Source of the DNA: Octopus sinensis
Taxonomy: Eukaryota
Assembly: GCF_006345805.1 (NCBI RefSeq)
Contig: NC_043001.1
Coordinates: forward strand, 86,180,001-86,244,000
Reading direction: 5' to 3'
DNA: 64,000 nucleotides
In this document: piece by piece, positions 25,893 to 40,106 of the stretch
Position numbering within the stretch: position 1 is the first letter of the stretch
Layout of the letters: every line of letters starts with the position of its first letter
Translations under genes and position numbers: made by a program
The notes under the pieces: model-generated
Seen by the model: the letters and a program-made list of their open reading frames with translations, nothing else
Told to the model about the DNA's origin: nothing
The model's database searches: none

Positions 25893-27306
25893 TGTTTATA
25901 ACATATCAGAGAAAGAGAAAGAAGTTGGAATTCACGAGATACTTTATTAATTACTACAATCATTTCCACCAATCAAGCATCGGTTACTCTCGGGTGAGAT
26001 ACTATGCAAATAGTTATGGTGCATCATGCGGTGCAAATGTGCTCCGTCAGTTGACTTGTCAAAAGCACTTTCTTCTTTCATTTCCGTTTCGCATAAATCG
26101 ATTAGAATACATTCTGCTGTTTGTGTGTATTTACTCGCTTGCATGAGAAAACTCGAGTTGGAATGAAGAACACTTCTCTTATACCTAATAAGGTGACTTA
26201 CAAAGAATCAAAAATAAAATAAGTATAAGTAAGTGAATCGAATACCATGCTTTACACTGATAATGAAGTACGTTAAATAAAATCATAAAACAATAAAAAA
26301 AAAACACGGGTGAAACGAAAAGCGAAACACAAAAACACAATTGGACATTCAAACCCTTGGCTATAATTGTATTCTATGTGGTAAAAAATATATACATTAT
26401 GCATATATACATACACCTAAACATACATACATGAAATCAAATTTACCCATTTTCTACCCTGTATAAAAAGACATCTACCGAGAGGCCAATGCCAGTGCTC
26501 ACACACACTCATCACTCAAGCAATAGACGCTCTTCGATTATGGTTGTTATCTATTCACTTTGGGATGATTTATGATTTGATGTCAACAGATTCGTAGATC
26601 CACAAATACCGATTCGTACAGATATAAGCGTGTACATATGTATACTTACAAACGTGTCCGCGTACGCCTTACCGTGCATGCCAAATGCGAACACGCACAC
26701 ACAGCAACAAGCACATGGATCACCGCACGCACCTCCATAAACATAGGTAACCATGCAGATAGATTCGCGCACATCCACTCCCACACTCTCAGTGCCACCT
26801 ATACACCCATAGAGGTTTCCTCGCAGACATACAGACATTAAACCAATTAGCACGGTCCATAAGGTTTTCCTGTGAATTTGCAAATATGAATATGTCTCTC
26901 CACAATACAGCACTTTCTATCAAATGTCCTTGAGTATCACGCTTTTGATAATCCACTCCGATACTTAAGACACTTGAATGTCTTTGGTGATCGACCTCAT
27001 TGATTTTCAGGAACCATCATCGATAAACCATGGTGTTTCACACCGAAAGTTTTCTTTCTGACACAGTCAAAAACAATCTTCCAATTCCTTCCAACTTTTG
27101 TGTTCCAATTTAGAAAGATAGCATTTTCTAAATCACTGTGTTATGCGTATATGTTCTGCATAAATAGCAATGCGTGTGTGTCTTTCTTTCGTGTGTTATC
27201 ATTGTATGGGCCATGGATGGGTTCTGAAAAGTAAAAGTGTTTAAATGATTACAAGATGGTAATATACTGCTAATTAAGTGTCCCCAACTGCACCCCGAAA
27301 TCTTTA

Positions 27307-27388
<82 letters not shown>

Positions 27389-27550
27389 CAATGTAACTGC
27401 ACACGTGTTGTTGACAAGTTCCTTTTCTTCTTTGGACATTTCCTTTTACTTTTCCGGTGAACCGCTATGATAAAGACGTCAAAAATTCATTTTACTGAAC
27501 GTGAAACTAATGCCTGCCTTGTGCACGCCTTCGAGTTGTCTGTTAATGTG

Positions 27551-27631
<81 letters not shown>

Positions 27632-27772
27632 CCGTGTGGTAAGAACGCATGCTTTCCAACTAAGAATAAGTCCTGGGCTCGATTTGCTCGACTAAAGCCC
27701 TTTAAGACGATACACCAGCATGGCCGCAGTCAAATGACTGAAACAAAATAGTGAAAAGAATATATATATGCA

Positions 27773-27808
<36 letters not shown>

Positions 27809-28155
27809 TATATATATAAATAATTAATAATATCAGGGTAATAAAGATTTTAGAAATTTTTACTCACTGTGGCCTAGCGTGTAGAAAATTCAGTCAATAG
27901 ACTATATATTAATCATAAAAATACAGTGTACATTTACACACATAAGAAGTATCCGTCATAGGATTCCTTTCACGCTAGATAGAGTAGCTAAAGTTCAAAC
28001 CACTATTAGGGGTAAAAACTCGAAGGCAATGAAAAATAAAAACATTTACCATCTGTCTCCTGGACCATGGTTTCTGACATTTTTTAGCAAATAAAATAAT
28101 TTGCTAGGTGAAGTCTTCATCAACAGGTACGCCTAGATCATGTTTAATATATATA

Positions 28156-28699
<544 letters not shown>

Positions 28700-28903
28700 G
28701 TTGAAATTTATAGAAAAAGAAAACACGAAGACTGGTGTATGAACGACAAGCAAGTGTATTAGTTTGACGCTCATGAAACTGAAAAAGTATTTTACGTTTC
28801 AAGCCTTCGCTCTTCAACAGAAGGGAATAAGTGAAAATAAACAGTGAGAATAAAAGAAAACTTGTGGATTTAGCGCTCAAGCATATATATATATGTAAGT
28901 ATA

Positions 28904-28957
<54 letters not shown>

Positions 28958-29029
28958 TGAGTCTAATATATTCATATATATCACATGAATACTTTTATTT
29001 AATAAAATGAATATTGATGTTGTTTTTAG

Positions 29030-29047
29030 GTTATTACAGCATGACGG
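29030..29047 (+). CDS. 18-nt microexon, type A, (G)YYSMT
   Basis: gtttttAG ... GTAGGT; paralogous to 33958. Confidence 0.65.
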
Positions 29048-29523
29048 GTAGGTAAAAATATTTTATATATATATATCTTTATAGAAATAGCATGAAAAAT
29101 ATATAAACAAAAATTCGTACAAATTTAATTTTAACCTCAATTATAGATAGTTCTAGAAACATTGTTTAATTTTCTTCAAGAGTACAATAACTGCTGACTC
29201 TAAATTCTGCTGCAAGTTAGCTTTTTCAGTTTCATTATTGCAATATTTGTAACATCAGTTTTAAAGTAGAAATCAGCCAGAATTAACTGCTTACGTTCTA
29301 ATAAGTTTAAACTGTCATACCCTTTTATTAAAAGCACAATTTTTTTAATCAAAATTTTTAAGTATGTTAAAGAAATAATTACAATTCCCTTTCTCATATT
29401 GTAATTTCTATTTGAAAGAAAATGTTTAAAATATTTCCCTTCAGAAACTATAAATAAACCAGAGAAATATATGCTTTAATAACCACGTGATTTATATGTA
29501 TATTATTCTTTATTTTTTTTTAG

Positions 29524-29553
29524 TTCTCGATCCATCCAGACTTCCTTCACGCG
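29524..29553 (+). CDS. 30-nt microexon, type B, (V)LDPSRLPSR
   Basis: Poly-T AG ... GTATGTAACT; downstream intron homologous to that of the 15-nt array exons. Confidence 0.75.
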
Positions 29554-30149
29554 GTATGTAACTATTTAAATTATTTCCAATTGAATTTCCTAGTTTAAAA
29601 TAGTTGTTTTTCTAGATTTTAATCTACATTAGCAACCCAATATGACACTATAGCTATATGTTCATATTGTTGATATTGTAGTAACAATCTGAAAATTTAA
29701 ATAATCTTATAATATTACATACACACAAGAAATCATACACGCACAGGATGTTCAGGTTAAATTTGACAGTTTGTGTACAAAGGAAACTTTATAGCCCATC
29801 CAAAATTAAACACATTTCAAGAAAGGAAATAATATCAACTAGATTATTGCAAGCAGATAAGAATTTACTGAAAGTAGACTCACTAAGCTCCCACCTCAGC
29901 CTCAAGATATCTCCGGAACCTACCTGGCGCGTACATTCCTCTCAGTAAACCCGTCAACATTTTCGAACCCCTCCATGAAGACGAAGGAGCTTAACGGGTT
30001 ACGAATGTAACAAGCTGATCTTGAAGATCAGTTGACATGAAAAAAAAACAGTCATCGTTTGTTCGGACATCCTCTATAAATTTGAGTCTGTAAGTTTGAA
30101 TGTGTAGTTATGTGTGTGTGTGTACGTGTATGTGTGTATGTGTAATATT

Positions 30150-31410
30150 ACTACTACTACTACTCCTTATACGAATGATAATGAAAATATTGATAATAAC
30201 AGCTATAGATTAGAACAAGCTAGAGAAAGTATCTCAATAATAGACTTACGGTTGACACTCACGAAAGCTGATGTGCGGAAAGACCCCTGTGAAGATAGCG
30301 TGTCAAATTTCTATCGGCCCTCATCACTCCTGTGCTCACAAGCAACGTTACATCGACTGTTCAATGAAATTACGAGAGCTGCTGAGTAAAACTCCTGACT
30401 GGTTAACATATAGCATTACTTACCTTCTCCAAAAGAATAATGAAACATCAAAGAACATCAGATTAGAAATGACTCAAAATTTGAGGAGAATCAAAGAGAA
30501 AAGATTATAGAAGGAAAAGAAGACATTATGAGAGAAATAGTCTATGAAGCAACAAATGAAAGTTTAATATTGAATTTGACGGGATAGAATTTGTGTGAGA
30601 GAGGGATGATGGTCAGCGGTGGGAGAGACTTGGAATACAAGGGTTGTGGTTTGCTCTCAGTGAGTTTCATACATGGAAAACCCGTTTCCCGGGCAGTATA
30701 CCAAACGTCTGTCTGAATTGTTTGAGCGAACTACTCGAAAATTTATATATATCTCTAACTGATATCATTGAGAACTTCGAGCATAAACATCAAACAAGGC
30801 TTCCTTCAAGGTGAATCCCATTCACGATTACATTTCTGCATAAATCTGGTCCTGCACACAAACTAATAGACAAATATCGGGTATGCCTACAAAATACTTT
30901 GGATAATAAACCGACTTTTGGGAGGTTTTTATCGCATAAACAATCTCAAGCTGTTCGCAAAGAATGACCAATCAAGAGGCTGCTACAACTGGTTAATGAG
31001 TTTAACAATGACATCGAGATGGATGTTGCTCTCAACAAGTGTGCTGAATTAAGTTTAGTTAAGCACAAGCTCAGACACAGGGCTATTTACTTAGCGTCAG
31101 TCTGTCTTCTGAATTTACAAACTTGCTTAATAATAGAATGCACCCTTTTGCTGCCTTCAAGTTCGCAAACAAGCCGCAGTATTCTGTCCTCTGTAGTAGA
31201 TAAAATAATGTCCATTCCTATACAGCAGGTTTCGTGGCATTGTATCATAACTCTTTACCCACTACTTTAAGATTGGGACAGACGTCTGCCTAACGCTGGT
31301 ACATGTTATTAGAGGTCAAAAGTTTTCTTTGCTTTCCATATGTTGGAGTCCAGTAGGATTCCCATTAATGAATTTCTCCATCAGAATTGACTATGTACGT
31401 CCTAATATGT
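30150..31410 (+). mobile_element. Highly decayed R4/Dong-like RT fragment, paralogue of 19830-21310
   Basis: Shared landmarks (tttaacaatgacatc..gatggat, ttgactatgtacgtcctaatatgtttaaacag); INNLKLFAKND. Confidence 0.55.
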
Positions 31411-31425
31411 TTAAACAGTGGTGTA

Positions 31426-32536
31426 CAGGATACGTAAGATACTTGAGGATAGGTAAACATTGTTTTCTATAATGTTATTCAATAAAGCCACCTTCAGCAT
31501 CAACAACCGCATCTATATGAGATCTAAATCATCTACATGCTCGAATAAAGTGGTCCTGGTTCATTGAGGACATTACTCTCAAAAACGATCCACATGTAAT
31601 AGTCCAATGGGTTGAGATCTGAGGAATTAGGAGGCCAATTGTTAGGGGTTATGTGATCATGAAAATTTCCAGCCAACCATTCCGGTGTTCCTAGAGCCAT
31701 GTGTGATAGTGCAGAGTCTTATTGAAACATATATGGCCTTCCATTGCATAAACTGTCTATCCATGGCTTAACAATTATTTCCAGGACCTCGATGTAGGCG
31801 AAAGAGTTAACTCTAAGGCCTTGTGGAAAGAAGGAAGGAGGCATCAGATGTCCTTCATTCCTGACAACTCCTAAAACCATGACAGTTGCAGGAAATTTTG
31901 TAAGCATAACACTTGGAACTTCAGAATGGTCTGCACATAACCATCTGTGATTTCTTCTGTTAGCTTTTTGATCTTTGTCGGTCGAGAAAAACCTAATAAA
32001 TTCTTCTGCTGGATTTTTCAGTTTGTTTAAAAGCTTTTCAGATCTGATGTAGTGATTTTCTTTTGCTTTTTCTGACAAATTGACTTTTCTCATCATATAA
32101 GACATATATCTGAATTCTTCGTGGAAAACATTTCTGACTGTTCCTTCTGACACATGGAGATCTTTTGAAATCGACTTCATGGAATTTCTGGGATTGTAAT
32201 CAATGGTCTGTTGAACTTTCTAGATAAATTCAGGAGTTCTGATGATGTCAGAGCGTTTAGAATGTTTTTTTATGATTTTATACTGGTGATACGATTTCAT
32301 CTTCAGTCTCTAGCTCCTTACAAACTTTGTAGACGAAAGGTCTGGTAACTTTTTAAAATATATTTCTAAATCGCTATGCTCAGCCTTTATAGCCACAATA
32401 ACAATATGCTTCTTCATTTCTTGAGTAAGCTGAGGGTCTACCATTATTATTTCCTGAAACAAAGATTATTCAGAGTTAGCAAAACATGCAGCAATGACCC
32501 CAAAACGGTATGTCCTCAAATACCTTTCGCACCTTG
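31426..32536 (-). mobile_element. Tc1/mariner superfamily element, maT/DD37D-like, defective
   Basis: ORF 31719-32180 (VMVLGVV...GLRVNS..YIEVLE..VKPWI...PYMFQ) continuing to QDSA..H and WPPNSSDLNPLDYYMW; TA on both sides; degenerate TIRs; empty site visible in the paralogue at about 33600. Confidence 0.88.
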
Positions 32537-32613
32537 TATATTTTTAAAGTACAAATTTTGTTACTGACGTGTTAATTATGATAAAAAATGTTAAATTCTT
32601 TCCTTTCAGAAAT

Positions 32614-32695
<82 letters not shown>

Positions 32696-32731
32696 ATTCT
32701 TTATTCATATACATGCCATTTATTTTTTCAG

Positions 32732-32746
32732 GTCTTTCTGTACGCA
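32732..32746 (+). pseudogene. Probable dead 15-nt microexon (G)LSVR
   Basis: Acceptor tttttcAG intact, but the donor reads ATATATAACT where paralogues have GTATGTAACT; downstream intron sequence is homologous. Confidence 0.55.
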
Positions 32747-32823
32747 ATATATAACTATTTAAATATTTCCAATTCCATTTTCTAGTTTAAAATACACACT
32801 TTGAGATTTTCATCTACATTAGC

Positions 32824-32889
<66 letters not shown>

Positions 32890-33873
32890 CTATAACTATA
32901 TTTTCATATTGCTAATATTGTATTAACCATCAAAAAATATAAATACTTAATAAAATCTCGTTTTATCCCTTCAAACTCAGCATTAAACTTGCATTTATGT
33001 CTCCATACCTTTCTCTAGAACTCTTCCACTTCCTGAAGCTTAAGTACCTCTTTTATTCATACCTTTGTTATCCCAATTTCTGTACACGCCTACTTTTCTT
33101 CGGGATCAGCTTGGTGTATTTGTGAACAGTCAATCTCCATAGTTTTCATGGGCAAGACAATGAAAGTATTCGAGGATATTGTAAGGAACACGGAAGGAAA
33201 TGCTTGCGCCGGGTTCCGAGGCTGTCTTGAGGCTGAGGGAGGTTGCTTTCAGTAAACTCTTATCTGCTGGCGATAATCTATTTGATATTCTTCGCTTTTT
33301 CAAAATGCGTTCAATTTTTGATGCTGCATTGTGTTTTCTTTTCCTAGCACACAAACGCTCAAATTTAGCCTGAACACACTTTACATGTATAATGCTTTGT
33401 GTGTATGTAATATTATCAAGTATTTATATTTTCAGATGGTTATATTAAAATTTCAAAAATACTTGTAGTTTGGTGCGTCTGTTATACAATGGTTCATGTT
33501 ATTAGAGGTCAATAATTGTCTTGCCTTTCTCTCCGTGTAAGACTCAAATTGATGCACTGGTCAACCAGAATTGACTACGTACTTCCTAATATGTTTAAAC
33601 AGCGATGTACATTTCTTAATGCACAACTTTTGTTATCGACGAACTAATCATGATAAAAAAAAACTACATTTTTCTTATTTGAACCTTTCCATTCCACGTT
33701 TCCGGTGAAGCGCTATGGTCAACACGCTAAAAATTCTTTTTTACTAAGCATGAAACAAATACATTCTTTGAACACGTCTTCCTGATGTGTATTAACGTGT
33801 GTGTGTGTGTGCGTGTATCTGTGCGTTTGTGTGTGTATATGTACGTATGTATATTTGTGTATGTGTATGTGTG

Positions 33874-33904
<31 letters not shown>

Positions 33905-33957
33905 AGACAATTTATGCGAAATACTTTTATTCAATTAATGTATATTTTTGTTTTTAG

Positions 33958-33975
33958 GCCAACTCGGCATGCGCG
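33958..33975 (+). CDS. 18-nt microexon, type A, (G)QLGMR
   Basis: gtttttAG ... GTAGGT; flanks homologous to 29030. Confidence 0.68.
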
Positions 33976-34299
33976 GTAGGTAGAAATATTTTTATATACC
34001 TTTGTAAAAATAGTCTGAAAAATATATAAACAAACTTAGCACAATCTTAATTTTAACATCAATTATAGACAGTGCTAGAAACATTGTTTTATTTACTTCA
34101 AGAGAAAAATGCTTTTCTATTTGTGATCACAACAATAAATGCTGACTCTGAGTTCTGCTGTAAGTTAGCTTTTCAATTGCATTCGTAACAACCATTTTAA
34201 TGTAAAAATCAGCCACAATTAATAAATTACGTTCTCATAAGTTTAAACTGTCACATCCTGTTTTTAAAAGCACAATTTTTTATCAAACGTCTTAAGTAT

Positions 34300-34568
34300 G
34301 TTGTTGTCCGTGCAACATCGATATTCCCCGCTGTGTTTGTGAAATTTCTATATCTCTACCGTAAGGCTTCATTTCCACACTCGCCAGCATAATCTAATCC
34401 GTACATAGTCGAAAGACTCCTGTTTGCTATGTCCTGTTATTATTTTTATTGTGCAATATTGTCCGTTTTTCCCGTCCTTGTTTTCTTTGTATCGTGTATC
34501 TGGATGTTTTGTTGTCCTTTTTTGTATCACCTAGCTGTCCGGATATTTTGCATTCTTGTCCCATTTTG

Positions 34569-34655
<87 letters not shown>

Positions 34656-37600
34656 ATAAAGATACCGAGGACGTTTAACATGTGAGCTCGATAAAACAGC
34701 GCTCCGAAATCTATCCACAAACATTGGAAATAAAGACTTCGCATGGAGCCAAAAAATAGCTGACAACAAACCCAGACCATAGGGATGCATAATAATGTAC
34801 AAAAAGCACCAAACCAAAACACCACAGACAAACATACCAATGGGAAAGAAAGCGATACAAATCTAAAACCTGGAAACAACGAAGGGGAGCCTATTGATTA
34901 TGATACTATAAAAAGTAGAATAATCAAAGAACTGAAAAACACAGATCTCAAAATGGACCACCGAGCATACCTCCCAAAAATCAAAATAGACAAAAAACAA
35001 CAACATCAATTATATACAGCATAAACCTAGCCGTCACAGAACTAATAGCCACAGAAGCAAATAGCGATATCACTGAGCTAAATGACTTAGTATACGCAGC
35101 AGCCACTGCAGTCACAAAAGAAGCTGGATGCTCCCTCAAACCCATCCAAAGAGGAGTACCACCACCCAAACAAAACCTGTGGATAAATAACATCCAAAAA
35201 CAACACAAAAAATGAGAAAAGATCTGTCGATTCCTAATGAAATCAGTAGACAATCAACACTACTAAGCAACAAAAAGGAAACAAAAATACTGTTCAAATA
35301 CAACATCACAGAAACAGATTTACCTGAGATTAAAGAAAAGCCAAAGCAAGATATGCTTGCCAAAGCACAAAGGATCCACCGGTACGAGAAACGTCAACGT
35401 TTCTTTGAACAAAACAAACAGTTCAACTCCAACCCCAAAAAGTTCTACCAAGAACTTGGCAAAAATAAAATAGACATCACTGCAGCACAAACGGCAGAAG
35501 AAGTGGAAGAATTCTGGAAAGAAATATGATCGGCGAAAAAACAACCAAAAAACAGGAGTTTTATAACAACAAACTCAGAATCTGAGCAACCTTGGACCCC
35601 CAAAACAACTGAAGAGGTCACCAAGGCACTGCAAAGACTAAGCAACTGGAAGGCACATGGGCATGACAAGATCCCCAAATTCTGGTTGAAATATCTGACG
35701 AGAATGCACAAAAAGCTGGCTGAAAACTTTAACGACATACTGGCAGAGCCAGAGACAATGCCTGAATGGCTGACGAAGGGGAAAACTATCCTAATTTCCA
35801 AATCTAATGAAACGGCAAAACCAGAAAACTACAGACCTATAACCTGTCTCCCTACAATGTACAAAGCCTTTACTACAGTAATATCGCAAAGATTGAACAA
35901 GTATCTGGAGGAAAACAACCTGTTTCCAGAAGAGCAGAAAAGATGCTGCAAGGGCTCATATGGCTGTAAAGATCAAATAATGATCAATAAAGCCTGAAGA
36001 CAGCCGCAGAAAGAAGAAAGGCCTCAGTATGGCCTGGATCGACTACCGAAAGGCGTTTTATAGCATTCCCCACACATGGATCCTTGAAACACTAACCATT
36101 AACAAGGTAGCACCAACAATTATAAAATACATAGGACACTATGAATAAATGGCAAACAGTGCTACAGCTCCAAACAAAAGAGGAACTCATGAAAACCAAA
36201 GCCATCCTCATTAGAAGAGGAATATTCCAGGGAGACACGCTCTCTCCACTCCTTTTCTGCTTGGCACTGACAGCTCTATCTGATATGCTAAATAGAACTG
36301 GATGCGGATACAAATGTTACGGCAAAACGATCAGCCACCTTTTATATATGGATGACCTAAAATTATACGCTACAAATGACAAACAGCTGGAAACACTACT
36401 ACAGACACTTCATGGATTTACCAAAGAAATAGATATGAAATTTGGAATAGAAAAATGCGCCAAAGTAATCCTGAAAAGAGGGAAACTAGTTAAGAGTAGC
36501 AACATCACACGAGATAAAGCCAATGAAATAAGAGTATTAGACCAAAGCCAAACTTACAAATATTTAGGATTCCATGAACTAGATATGATACAACACACAC
36601 AAATGAAAGAGATGATAAAAAAGAATACTATAGACGAGTTAGATCAATACTAAAATCAGAGCTCAATGCTAAAAGCAAGATAATTGCTATTAACACTTTA
36701 GCCGTCCCAGTTATAAGTTACAGCTACAATATCCTTAACTGGACACTAAATGAACTAACCAAAATAGACAGGAAAACAAGAAAAATAATGACAGGATCTG
36801 GGATGCAACACCCAAAATCTGACATAGAAAGGCAATATATACAAAGTATAGAAGATGGTAGAGGCTTTATAGAGCTGTAAAACTATTATAGAATAACCAC
36901 CATAGGACTGTAAAATTATCTACTACAGAAGCAAAGAAATATGATACAAATAGCGGCAAAACACGGGCAAAACAAAAATCTGTTCTCAGCATTTAAGGAA
37001 GCTGATAAATACAAACAAGAAATCATACCACCTAACAAATATGGAGAAGAAGAAGAGAAGAAGAAGAAGAAGAAGAAGAAGAAGAAGAAGAAGAAGAAGA
37101 AGAAGAAGAAGAAGAAGAAGAAGAAGAAGAAGAAGAAGAAGAAGAAGAAGAAGAAGAAGAAGAAAACCTATAAAACAAATGAAATCCAAACTAAAACTAG
37201 AACAGCAACGGACCATGATAAAACGATGGCAAGAAAACCTCCTTCATGGCAAATACTTGATTAAACTAAATGCAAAAGAAATAGACAAAGAAAAATCCCA
37301 ACAATGGTTGGAAAGCTCAGGACTCAAGCCGAGACGGCGGGATTATTAATTGTAGCACAAGACTAAAGCCTCTCCACCAGAAATTACCAAAAACATATAA
37401 TAAAAAGAATAAGAAGAAGTAACTGCAGAAAATGTGGAGATGGACAAGAAACAATATATTATATTATCTCTGGCTTCCCAGTCATGGCTAAGAAGGAATA
37501 TATTCACAGACATGAAGCTATGCTAACATTATGGAATAACAACAGAAAAAAGATGGTATAGGCAAACATCAAAAAAGGTCACAGAAAACGAGAAAGCAAC

Positions 37601-38065
37601 CATAGTCTGGGATATGCCAATACACACAGATAGAGAAATTAAGGCCAATAGGCCAGGTGTAGATGTCAGAGGTCATGAAGAAAAGAAATGCTTTCTAATT
37701 GACGTATCAATACCAGCAGATGACAGCGTGTCTCTAAAAGAAATGGAGAAACTTTCAAAACACAAAGACCTGGAAATAGAGGTAACTCGAATGTGGAATC
37801 TAAAACCAGAAACAATTCCTCTCATAGTAGGCTCATTAGGTATGATAAAAAATATTCAGACAAATACATAATAAAACACCAGGACTTACAAACACGTATA
37901 ACATACAGAAAATTGCACTACTAGGCACTGCACACATCCTACACAGAACACTTTCAATACAATAACCATCTGAGCATCACTACAAATCACAGCACATACC
38001 CAAGGCACACAGAGCTGCGCTCGGTAGTGAAGAGAAAGCACGCTATAAAAATAAAACTACTGAAT
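34300..38065 (+). mobile_element. Near full-length Dong/R4-clade non-LTR retrotransposon (RT + RLE endonuclease), disrupted
   Basis: NYRPITCLPT, AWIDYRKAF, RRGIFQGDTLSPLLF, HLLYMDDLKLYA, EKCAK, ANRPG.D...LIDVSIP..KEMEKLSKHKDL; stops and frameshifts; 3' end runs into (AAT)n. The 5' boundary is approximate. Confidence 0.92.
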
Positions 38066-38078
38066 AATAATAATAACA

Positions 38079-38140
<62 letters not shown>

Positions 38141-38144
<4 letters not shown>

Positions 38145-38296
38145 CCGGGGGACGTTTAACGAGAGAACACCGGGGGACGTTTAACCAGAGAACACCGGGG
38201 GACGTTTAACAGAGAACACCGGGTACGTTTAACATGTGAGAGCGATAAAACAGTGCTCCGTAATCTATCCACAAACATCGGAAACAAAGACATCGC

Positions 38297-38336
<40 letters not shown>

Positions 38337-38471
38337 GCTATGCACACATCCTACACACAACACTTTCAATACAATAACCATCAGAGCATCACAACAAATC
38401 ACAGCACATACCCAAGGCACACAGAGCTGCGCTCGGTAGTGAAGTGAAAGCACGCTATAAAAATAAAACTA

Positions 38472-38559
<88 letters not shown>

Positions 38560-38560
38560 G
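38141..38560 (+). mobile_element. Dong-like 5' fragment (38141-38297) and 3' fragment (38337-38475), each followed by (AAT)n
   Basis: 38219-38297 matches 34665-34745; 38337-38475 matches 37925-38063; three ~24-bp tandem copies of aacaccgggggacgtttaac. Confidence 0.85.
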
Positions 38561-38870
38561 GGAGTATAACTCGAAACTTACAGGGAAAAATTGAATTTAG
38601 TATTAAATTAAATTTTACAAAATAAATATATAAATTCAAATTTTATCGAAAAACAATTCAGTTTAAAAGTATCGTCACTCCTCAGGTCAGCAATAATAAA
38701 AATAATAGTTAAATAAATAATCAAATAGAATTAAACAATATTTTTTAAAGAAATAAAATCATGATTGTTTTTATAGAAGAAACTCCGTTAACTAAATTTG
38801 AAACTTAAAAAGTAGGACCAGATGTCTATAATACATTTATCATGTTGAAAACCTAAGGCAAAAAAGTAAA

Positions 38871-38912
<42 letters not shown>

Positions 38913-39126
38913 CGGCGTACGTACACTTTGTTCTCAAATATATATATATGAGTGTGTGTGTGTGTTATACACATACAGAGGGCTAATAGTTTTGTGCATT
39001 GGGACTTATCAAACACTAGTTACAATGCAGGTTAGGGTTAGGGTTAGTTGTTATCAGAGGTCAATCTTGCCTTTCTCTTCGTGTATTGGTACGTGATTAA
39101 TATGTATATTATTCTTTATTTTTTAG

Positions 39127-39156
39127 TTCACCGTCTATCAATACTTGCTTCACGCG
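39127..39156 (+). CDS. 30-nt microexon, type B, (V)HRLSILASR
   Basis: ttttAG ... GTATGTAACT; paralogous to 29524. Confidence 0.72.
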
Positions 39157-39574
39157 GTATGTAACTATTTAAATTATTTCCAATTGAATTTCCCAGTTTA
39201 AAATAGTTGCTCTTGTAGATTTTAATCTACATTAGCGACCCAATATGGCACTATAGCTATATGTTCATACTGTAGTAACAATCTTAAAATTTAAATAATC
39301 TATAATATTACATACACACAAGAAATCATACAAGCACAGTGTGTTCAGGTTAAATTTGATAGTTTGTGTACAAAAAGACTCAACTGCCCATCCCAAATTA
39401 AACACATGTCAAAAAAGGAAATAATATCAACTAGATTATTGCTAGCAATATTCATAACATCCATGTTAATGTAAAAATCAACCACAATTAACTAATAAGG
39501 TTCGCATAAGTTTAAATTGTCATGTCCTGTTTTAAAAAGCACAATTTTTTTATCAAACGTCTTAAATATGTTTG

Positions 39575-39608
<34 letters not shown>

Positions 39609-39609
39609 A

Positions 39610-39656
<47 letters not shown>

Positions 39657-40059
39657 ACACATGCAGAGTAAAAGTTACAAGTGATACAAGGGCTAATAGT
39701 TTTGTGCATTGGCACTTATCAAACACTAGTTAAAGTGCAGGTTAGGGTTTGGGTTAGCTGCTATCAGTGGTCAATAATTTTCTTGCCTTTCTCTCCGTGT
39801 ACTGGAGTCCTGAATGACTCCAATTGATACACTGGTCAACCAGAATTCACTACGTACGTCCTAATATGTTTAAACAGCGATGTACATTTCTTAATACCCA
39901 ACTTTTGTTATTGACGAACTAATTATGAGAAAAAAAACTTTAAATATGTCTTCTTCGAACCTTTTCATTCCACCATTCCGGTGAAGCGCTATGGTCAAAA
40001 CTCTAAAAATTATTTTTACTAATCATGAAACGAATACATTCCTTGAGCACGTTCTCCTG

Positions 40060-40106
<47 letters not shown>

